From a bacterium (GTDB lineage Bacteria; Patescibacteriota; CPR2; UBA1875; CAIMLA01): a DNA stretch of 64,000 nucleotides. A program made the position numbers and the translations under genes. The notes beneath the pieces were generated by a model. The model saw only the letters and a program-made list of their open reading frames with translations. It made no database searches and had not been told where the DNA came from. The stretch is from assembly GCA_037129835.1 (NCBI GenBank), contig JBAXUE010000003.1, positions 18,793 through 82,792 on the forward strand, in the 5' to 3' direction. How positions within the stretch are numbered: the stretch's first letter is position 1; every line of letters starts with the position of its first letter. This document shows, in pieces, positions 30,642 through 37,911 of the stretch.

Positions 30642-31347
30642 ACCTCACCTGTAGGTTTGCATAGTTAGGATCTTCTGTTTTTAGCCAATCTTCCGCTGCT
30701 TGTTTAAAGGGGCCTTCTAGTTCGGTTGCGCCTTTTGTCAAAAGAGTTATCTCTATAAATGGCAAGGCTGAGTCATCGTTTTCGTAGCTTATGTCAATAT
30801 GATAGTCGCCGGTATAGTATGGTAGACTGCCAAGTATGGGGTATGAAGAAACTAGGTCGGCCAACTCTTTATCCCCTTCTGCCTCTGATATTTTGTCTAT
30901 AGTATTTTGTTCTTCGATAGACAACTCCTCATAATAAGCGTTGGCGGCCTCGTCACTCGTTTGTTCGTTGAAATAATCTACAACCTTTTTGTCTGCCGCA
31001 GATAGATCGTCATATTTAATTTTATTGCTACTTTTTAAGCTTAGAGGAATCAGGTCTACCGCAATTGTTTGATCTTTATTGCGTTCTGCTATTATCTCAA
31101 TATTCTTGTCGTTAAATAAGTCTCTTTTAAAAATGACGTTGTAATGTCCAGGAGGAACTACGATTGTTTGGTTCCCAGTATATTTTTTCTTATTTATTGT
31201 GTATGTAGCATCTGCGGGACTAATCGCGATATAGATTTTTGTAGTATTGCCTACAAAAAACAATAAACTGATTCCTAGTGCCAAAATAATAAATGTTGCA
31301 AACGCTATTAGGGCATATAAAATATTCTTTTTTTTCTGTTCTTCCAT
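30628..31347 (-). CDS. Partner P2: single-pass membrane protein, PEGA-like plus shared C-terminal domain
   Basis: ATG 1 nt after the E2 stop; paralog of 27016..27639. Confidence 0.75.
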   Translation of the reverse strand: MEEQKKKNILYALIAFATFIILALGISLLFFVGNTTKIYIAISPADATYTINKKKYTGNQTIVVPPGHYNVIFKRDLFNDKNIEIIAERNKDQTIAVDLIPLSLKSSNKIKYDDLSAADKKVVDYFNEQTSDEAANAYYEELSIEEQNTIDKISEAEGDKELADLVSSYPILGSLPYYTGDYHIDISYENDDSALPFIEITLLTKGATELEGPFKQAAEDWLKTEDPNYANLQVRYVAE

Positions 31348-31348
31348 C

Positions 31349-32047
31349 TTAATTACCCTCTTCAAAATCACTTAGTTTGGCCATAGCTAGCAATTCCTGT
31401 ATTTCGTCATCGCTGGGGCTTTCTACTAATTGGCCCACAGCGGGTTTAAGTCTTACGACTGTTGTCATTTTCTTTGTCCAGCTGCTGCACTTTGGGCCAT
31501 GTCCACCAAGTGAGGCTGAAATTACGCCACCCTTACAGCCACAATATTTTGAACCAACAAACATGCTGGCGTGCGAGTTTGATGACTTGGTGCTAAAAAG
31601 CATGTCCCCAGGCATCAACTTCTTGGTGCTTTTTATCCCCTTTATGACCTCATATTTATCAGTGTTTTTGCTGAAATATTTTGGAGCTTGATATGCCTGT
31701 CCCGAATCTGGAACCTTGGTGTCTACTTTGGTTCGTCGAAGCGCAGTAATCAGCATACCCCAGCAGTCTGTAAAGTCCTTGGACTTGACCTTTTCTTTTT
31801 TATAGAGCGACGAGCTATTTTTATAATCACACACCTTTTTTTTAAGTGTTTCTGCATCTATATAATATTCTTGATTACAACTTCCCGGCGGAGATGTAAA
31901 CATGGGGCAGGGAATAGCCTCTGCAAATGCCACACCCCCCCATATTTGTCTGTCCACAACATTGAAAGCGCAGATGAATAATGCCAAAATCGATGCGGCT
32001 AGAATAATAATAGTTAGTCTTGTCTTTTTTCTGATATTTTTCCTCAT
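31349..32047 (-). CDS. Hydrolase E2: secreted NlpC/P60-superfamily cysteine amidase
   Basis: GGGGAGG SD; signal peptide; TDCWG, LMPGD, SHASMFVG motifs; paralog of E4. Confidence 0.8.
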   Translation of the reverse strand: MRKNIRKKTRLTIIILAASILALFICAFNVVDRQIWGGVAFAEAIPCPMFTSPPGSCNQEYYIDAETLKKKVCDYKNSSSLYKKEKVKSKDFTDCWGMLITALRRTKVDTKVPDSGQAYQAPKYFSKNTDKYEVIKGIKSTKKLMPGDMLFSTKSSNSHASMFVGSKYCGCKGGVISASLGGHGPKCSSWTKKMTTVVRLKPAVGQLVESPSDDEIQELLAMAKLSDFEEGN

Positions 32048-32251
32048 TTTTCCTCCCCAAGTATCACTCAAATAACATTATATATGGATACAAGTCAAAA
32101 TAATACTATTGAGCATGTGTTAATGTTTGTCCTTTGGCGAAATGGTTTCCTCGATTCTTGCTGGGCTATACGACTGATAATGTTTAGATAATGATGCGTT
32201 GAAGCATAAAAGGAGGCTGTTTTTAAATTAAGGCCCCCGCTACTCGGTTGT

Positions 32252-32776
32252 TTAGCCGGCCTTGCCTCCAGTGTTTGCGGTCATATCAAAATAAACGGTT
32301 TCGAGATTAGTTTTGTTTATTATTGAGTTATTAATATAATCCTTAGCTTCGTTCTTATATTTTTCGAAAGGCAGCTGATAAACAGTAATGTTGCAGATGT
32401 TACCACTTTCCATTTCTGTGCAATCTACGCTGTATTCCGACCCAATATAAGGGAGAAGATAGCTCTTTTTTAACTCATAAGTCTTGTTTCGGGTTTTGTT
32501 GGTCACTTCCAGTGTCGAAATCTCTGTCAGATAATCGTCTTTAGATATTTCGATTTTATATTTACCGGTCTTTAGTTCTATGGTTATCGGTGAGTTTCCG
32601 ACCACGGCACCATCGATTTTTATCTTTGCTGACCCAGGCACTGTGTTTATTGTTATTTTAGGTTTTCCGCTAAGCGCACTTGCAACCAGGGTAAGGACCA
32701 ATATTACTAGAAACAGAATTATAATTGCTATAATTATTTTAGTTTTTGTTTCTAGGTTAGAAATTATGGTGTACAT
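32252..32776 (-). CDS. Partner P1: PEGA-domain single-pass membrane protein
   Basis: N-terminal TM; INTVPGSAKIKIDG..VG.SP....L..GKY.IEISKDDY PEGA pattern; overlaps E1 stop. Confidence 0.85.
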   Translation of the reverse strand: MYTIISNLETKTKIIIAIIILFLVILVLTLVASALSGKPKITINTVPGSAKIKIDGAVVGNSPITIELKTGKYKIEISKDDYLTEISTLEVTNKTRNKTYELKKSYLLPYIGSEYSVDCTEMESGNICNITVYQLPFEKYKNEAKDYINNSIINKTNLETVYFDMTANTGGKAG

Positions 32777-34740
32777 GTTATTGCGCTCCCAGCATTGTTA
32801 TTAATTTTCGTTATCCACTGCTTGATCTCATTTATATAGGTTGCGGTATCGTTTTGCGTTGGGGGTGCATATTCCATCATCATGTCCGGTATCGTTTTTA
32901 TTCCCATCCCTTTTATATATACTCTTTTAATATAAACGGAAATATTGTCGCTACCAGTAAGGCTATCGTCCCAGGAATTCCACTTGTAATAAATCGAGCC
33001 GCTTGGGTGGGGCTGGCTACCGCCTGCCTGTCTCCCAAAAGAATTATGGCTGCCCTTACTTGTCCCACTTCCAACGCTTCCAAATTGAGTTTCTTTTCTG
33101 GCTAATGATACTAGTAAAGCAGGATTAATATTTGAGGCCTTGCCACTGGCCAAGAAAAGGGCGCCCTTACCGCTTAACGGCTTCCCGCTACCGATAAATT
33201 TATTAAGGGCCGCAATATATTTTGCTTCATCAGAAATATTTGGAAAAGCAACCGAAATGCAGGCGGTTGTTGAGGCAGTACCACCGGGTGTAGGAGTCGT
33301 GGGCCCGGCCGGCGTAGAGGGTGACGGAGTAGACGGAGTAGAAGGAGCAGGGGCCGCGGTACCCGTCTTGGGGCTATCAAAAACCTTACATGTTCCCGTT
33401 AGTGTTTCGGGCAATGTGCCAGGAACGTATTCCCATTCTTCCCTGTCGGGCGGGTTTGCTGGAAAGGCGGCCTTCATGTAAGTGACAAATTCCTTAATGT
33501 GACCACTATTTTCATCCCCCCACCCTGGAGTTTTGGGGCGAAGAGGTATAAGTTCCGGCCTAGTGAGCCTGAAGAAGGTCGCTGCCCCCACATCGTTGGT
33601 TCCAAGAAAGTTGTTCAATACGTCCATAGCTTTTTCAAAAGGCAGTAGTGGTAATTTCGCGAGACCCTTAAATGCCTCCCATCCAGCTACCAATATGTTT
33701 GTCCTTAGTTGTCTCCAAAATCTTGCGATATCACCCTCATAGTCTTCGAGAATATATTTATCAGTAAACGGCTCATATAGGAACCAAATCTTGCTTGCAA
33801 GATCGTCTATTTTTCGCCACTGTCCGATATAGACAATATTTCTATAAGGATCAATATCTGCAGGGGACATATCGTTTTTATTTGCATCTTGTAGAGCAAT
33901 ACGGATTTTACCAGCACGGCAACGGATGGCCTCTATCGCACATTTATGATAACAAACAGGGTCGATTTCTGGACCTGTCAGAGTTATTACGGTGCATTTA
34001 AGATAGCACTCTGGGATCTGGTCTGCGATGTTAGTTTCCTTGTAGTCTATCGCTGCCAATATCTCTGGCGTTGTTTTGTTATATTTTTCTTTTTCGCCAG
34101 TCGGGCTGCCGTTTTCGTCTACCACTGAATAGGTTTTTCCAAGATCCCAATCTTTGCCGCTAGAATCCTTATAGCCATTCGCTGCCTGTACGTAAGCGTC
34201 ATAGTAGGTAATAAACCGTTGCATGGCTGCAGTCGGGACGTCTGCTTTTGGGCAGCTGTCTCCCCAGCCCCCTGCGATGAATGAAACTGACACAAAAACA
34301 GTCCCTATTACCATGGCTAGGGGCAAGAAAGCACAACTTGCAACGCAAGCAAGAGCGGCCAAAGCTTCCAAAAAGGCCTTTATCAACCGCTTTATCATTC
34401 TTTTCCAGAATTCTTTATCAAAAGCAAGCTTAAGTAGTTCCAGGTCTGCCATCACGTCAGTTCCGACTGATTCAATAGCTCTTGCACCGGCCTGAACACC
34501 CTTGACTACCTTTTTTGCATCTTCAACACCCTCTTTGATCTTTTGGCCAGTCTTTGAGTTCCCGGCAGCATCAATGGCCCCTTCTTTGCCCTTTTTTACA
34601 GCATATCCAATAGGGTCCTTATTAATTTCGCCTATTTTGTCTTTTACACCACCACCGATTTTATCAGCACCAGCTTTAACACCACTGCCAACCTTGTCAG
34701 CACCGGCTTTTGCCAGTTTTCCTAAGTTCTCCAGGCCCAC
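32764..34740 (-). CDS. Hydrolase E1: large membrane-anchored protein with lysozyme-like domain(s), in the VirB1-like position
   Basis: Cytoplasmic N-terminus, TM, ILAAIDYKET motif, Pro/Thr linker, C-terminal NINPALLVSLARKETQFG..HNSFG..YAPP. Confidence 0.7.
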   Translation of the reverse strand: MGLENLGKLAKAGADKVGSGVKAGADKIGGGVKDKIGEINKDPIGYAVKKGKEGAIDAAGNSKTGQKIKEGVEDAKKVVKGVQAGARAIESVGTDVMADLELLKLAFDKEFWKRMIKRLIKAFLEALAALACVASCAFLPLAMVIGTVFVSVSFIAGGWGDSCPKADVPTAAMQRFITYYDAYVQAANGYKDSSGKDWDLGKTYSVVDENGSPTGEKEKYNKTTPEILAAIDYKETNIADQIPECYLKCTVITLTGPEIDPVCYHKCAIEAIRCRAGKIRIALQDANKNDMSPADIDPYRNIVYIGQWRKIDDLASKIWFLYEPFTDKYILEDYEGDIARFWRQLRTNILVAGWEAFKGLAKLPLLPFEKAMDVLNNFLGTNDVGAATFFRLTRPELIPLRPKTPGWGDENSGHIKEFVTYMKAAFPANPPDREEWEYVPGTLPETLTGTCKVFDSPKTGTAAPAPSTPSTPSPSTPAGPTTPTPGGTASTTACISVAFPNISDEAKYIAALNKFIGSGKPLSGKGALFLASGKASNINPALLVSLARKETQFGSVGSGTSKGSHNSFGRQAGGSQPHPSGSIYYKWNSWDDSLTGSDNISVYIKRVYIKGMGIKTIPDMMMEYAPPTQNDTATYINEIKQWITKINNNAGSAITCTP

Positions 34741-36516
34741 CTATTCCGCCTCTTCTTTTTTCAGCGCCTTCTCTGGGTTTGTGTTCGCCAACAGGTTTTC
34801 TTGGTAACTTGGGATTATTTGCATAGCAACATGCCGAAGCCCAGCAATAAACAATCCCTCACCAACACCAGTAGTTACTAAGTAGTCTCTCTCTGTTTCT
34901 GTTAGTTTCCACGCCTCTTTAACATAATCAACTTGCGCCGGATGCTGCCGGAGGAGTATCGCCATAGAAGAGTTTTGTGCGATTGCGCGACCGTATTCGG
35001 AGCCAAAAAAGTCGGCTGCATCTTGAGCAATACAGGTAAGGCCAAGATAATATTTACGTCCTCTTTTTGCTAGCGAGAAAAGGAATTGTGCCGATTCAGG
35101 ATATTTCATAAGTACCCAGGCTTCATCAACAAACAAGAGGCGCTTTTTCTTTTCGCTTTTGATTTTATTCCAGATAAAGTTAAGTATTGAATACATTGCT
35201 ATCGGTCTCAGCTCATCCTCAAGGTCCCTGATAGAGAAAACCACCAAACGATTTTGCATACTTACATTGGATTGCTGATTCATAAGACCCGAGTATGTAC
35301 CATTTGTGTATTTATCTAGTCGAACCGCGATACTTTCACCGCCGTTGATGCTCTCCAAAACTTTTTGAAGATCATGAAATGTAGGTGGTTGTAATCCGTG
35401 AGTTTTTGGGTCTTCGGTAATACCCTTGGATGCGTATGCCTCGATGATTGCTTTGTCTAAAACATTGCTTTCTTCTGGAGAAATATTTCCAACCATGACT
35501 CGCACTAAACCAGCTAGCATTATTGTATTGCTACGAATGGACTCTATTGCCTCTTTTTCGTCATTTATCAAGGGAAGATCAAACGGATTTACGTGCTGTT
35601 CTGAATTAATGTTTATACTCAAGTAGCTGCCACCAAAGGCCAAAGAGAGCTCTTCATATTCATTTTCCGGATCAATTACAAGAATATCGGTGCCAAGAAT
35701 AAGAGACCTTATTAGCTCTAGCTTTACAGTATAGCTTTTCCCGGCTCCAGACATAGCGATAACAACAGAATTATAATTTGGTAAACTAAAGCGATCAAAA
35801 ATAATTAAACTATTGTTTATTTTGTTAATACCGTAAAACACCCCTGTATCTTGAGATAATGTGTCGGACAAGAATGGGAAAAAGGTGGAGATGGCCTCGG
35901 TGTCTAGGTTTCTTCCTATGGATATTTCCTCTCTATCAAGCGGTAGGGTCGAGTTGAACCCTTCTTTGCCTTGATAGAGTGTCCTTTTTGAATACACCAA
36001 GAGCTCATTAAGCATTTTTTCTACTCGATCAACACTGTCATTTAGTGATTCCATCGTTTCTGCGTATATGGTGAGATAGAATCCTACTTTAAATATTTTT
36101 GTCTGACCCGTAGCGATTTTTTCACGTAGATTCTCTACGTCCGCATATTTTGCCTCAAGGCCAGGATCCCTAACGAGACCTCTCTGGGCATTCATATCTA
36201 GAGTCGACTCTAACTGAGTTGACTTTCCTCTTAGTCTTTGGGCAATAGCTGCGTTGTCTTGAGGGTAGATGTGGATAGAAACATCAAGGGGTAGGTCGGT
36301 ATTAATGGTTTGTGAGAGCCATCCCGGGAAGAGCATCCTTGGGTAGTCGTATACAAATAGAGTTGTAAGATATACCTGGCCAAGCTTCAGGTGATCTACT
36401 GCTATTTCCAAAGCAGAAGGAGCCAGCAAGTCTCTTACACTTGTAAGCCCTTGTTGGAATACCTGCATTGCTCGAGTCTGTCTTAGTTCGTCTGCGCTTT
36501 TATTCTCTTGAAACAT
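34741..36516 (-). CDS. VirB4/TraC-like T4SS ATPase
   Basis: Walker A AMSGAGKS, IDPENEY, NPFDL, Walker B FVDEAW, KRGRKY motifs. Confidence 0.92.
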   Translation of the reverse strand: MFQENKSADELRQTRAMQVFQQGLTSVRDLLAPSALEIAVDHLKLGQVYLTTLFVYDYPRMLFPGWLSQTINTDLPLDVSIHIYPQDNAAIAQRLRGKSTQLESTLDMNAQRGLVRDPGLEAKYADVENLREKIATGQTKIFKVGFYLTIYAETMESLNDSVDRVEKMLNELLVYSKRTLYQGKEGFNSTLPLDREEISIGRNLDTEAISTFFPFLSDTLSQDTGVFYGINKINNSLIIFDRFSLPNYNSVVIAMSGAGKSYTVKLELIRSLILGTDILVIDPENEYEELSLAFGGSYLSININSEQHVNPFDLPLINDEKEAIESIRSNTIMLAGLVRVMVGNISPEESNVLDKAIIEAYASKGITEDPKTHGLQPPTFHDLQKVLESINGGESIAVRLDKYTNGTYSGLMNQQSNVSMQNRLVVFSIRDLEDELRPIAMYSILNFIWNKIKSEKKKRLLFVDEAWVLMKYPESAQFLFSLAKRGRKYYLGLTCIAQDAADFFGSEYGRAIAQNSSMAILLRQHPAQVDYVKEAWKLTETERDYLVTTGVGEGLFIAGLRHVAMQIIPSYQENLLANTNPEKALKKEEAE

Positions 36517-37174
36517 CTGGTGTTTCTCCTACAAACTCTTTTGTTACTACGGATCTTTCTAAGGAAGACGCATCTGACATATAGCCAAACTTATCAATAC
36601 CTGGGTTGTATGAAATGTAATAGAGCTCTATTAGCCCTTGAGTATCAAGGGGGATACAGTTGATACCAATATTTTTTAAACCCATTTCTACGACAGAAGT
36701 TCTTTGATTAAGGGTGTTTATAGCCTTGTCGGTAGTTTTTGATATTAACTCCGTGTTCGGCTGCTCTTTTTGGCCAGCAATATATGGGAAGTATGGTACA
36801 ACGATGTAAAACTTTTTATCCATTAGGTTCGCTCTTTTTGTAATTTCTTCTAAGAAATTATGATAATCCTGAACGTGCTGAGCGGTGTAGTCGTCGGTGG
36901 CTTTTTTTGCGATATCTGAAATATTTTTTAAGTACTTTGCGAGATTAACCCTTCTAGATTGAACAAGAATTTGCATTGGAAAATCTACGGCATTGATCAG
37001 GTCCTGGAATGCCATTATTAGGCTTTCTTGCTCCCCCTCTGATCGGAGAGCGAAATTCAAGCTAGAAGACATGACAACTTTTCTCATTGACTTGTCTTTT
37101 AAATACACCACACCGTCGTGTATTTTATCTATTTCTAAAAAGCTTTGGGTGCTCGGTGCTTTTGGTTTAGCCAT
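36500..37174 (-). CDS. T4SS accessory protein (TraC/VirB4 N-terminal-like)
   Basis: STQ.FL.I..I.DG, SLNFALRSE.EQ, FP.QILVQSR, KKFYIVVPY, YNP motifs; between PrgI and VirB4. Confidence 0.75.
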   Translation of the reverse strand: MAKPKAPSTQSFLEIDKIHDGVVYLKDKSMRKVVMSSSLNFALRSEGEQESLIMAFQDLINAVDFPMQILVQSRRVNLAKYLKNISDIAKKATDDYTAQHVQDYHNFLEEITKRANLMDKKFYIVVPYFPYIAGQKEQPNTELISKTTDKAINTLNQRTSVVEMGLKNIGINCIPLDTQGLIELYYISYNPGIDKFGYMSDASSLERSVVTKEFVGETPDVSRE

Positions 37175-37875
37175 TACTTTTTACCTCCAGGAGACTCTAG
37201 GTCTGCAAATTTATAGGCAGAGAGGTCTGGCAGATTACTGTTTTGACCCTTATTGGGATTTACTGTGGCAACTTGTGAAATAGCCGGTTCTCTGTTTTTT
37301 GCTACATTTTCGGCGGCATCATTCAGTGCCTGCGTTATCTCTTTGTTTCTGCTCGGAGTTTCGTTCAGTGCTATTTCTGCCGAAATATAGTCATCTGTCA
37401 TTTCTTCAATCCCACCGTCCAGAAGCGCCGCCATTTTTTTTATATGCGACAGCTCTTGGCGAACGCCTTTTTTGTTTTCAATGCCCGAGTCGAATGGTTG
37501 TCCAGTATCAGACTTACTCTTCAGTGTGACCTTTTCTGTTAATTTATTTAATGAGTCAAGTGCCCCGCCAGCATCTAGAGATTCTTTTGCCCATAATCGC
37601 AACTTTTCACCAGTATAGTACTGGTATAAAGGGAAGATATAATAATCAAGCGGCCTAGAATTGTATGGCACAAAGGCGAGCGAAAAAAATAGGGCTACAG
37701 GGAAAATAGCGGCGAGAACACCAACAAATATCGGTAGTTTGGCAGCGGTGAATAGCGTGTAAAATCCGAAGCCAAAACCAATCCCTGCAAGCATAAAGCC
37801 AAATTGTTTTAGGGTTAGCGGACCAAGGACTTGATCTGCAACCTCCACATCTTGTGGAACGTTATAGTAATTCAT
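37174..37875 (-). CDS. PrgI-family (VirB3-like) membrane protein
   Basis: VPQDVE..D..LGPLTLKQF, two TMs, N.RPLD motifs. Confidence 0.88.
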   Translation of the reverse strand: MNYYNVPQDVEVADQVLGPLTLKQFGFMLAGIGFGFGFYTLFTAAKLPIFVGVLAAIFPVALFFSLAFVPYNSRPLDYYIFPLYQYYTGEKLRLWAKESLDAGGALDSLNKLTEKVTLKSKSDTGQPFDSGIENKKGVRQELSHIKKMAALLDGGIEEMTDDYISAEIALNETPSRNKEITQALNDAAENVAKNREPAISQVATVNPNKGQNSNLPDLSAYKFADLESPGGKK

Positions 37876-37911
37876 TTATCTTCCTATATACCATTTAATG
37901 CTTCTTTACAC

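Noticed and set aside
26900-31935. Reading the CP-tag cysteine as a lipobox
   Set aside because: The Cys follows FLD, FWE, FFS or AIP, several residues past an Ala-ending SPase I-like site, not an L-[AS]-[GA]-C lipobox
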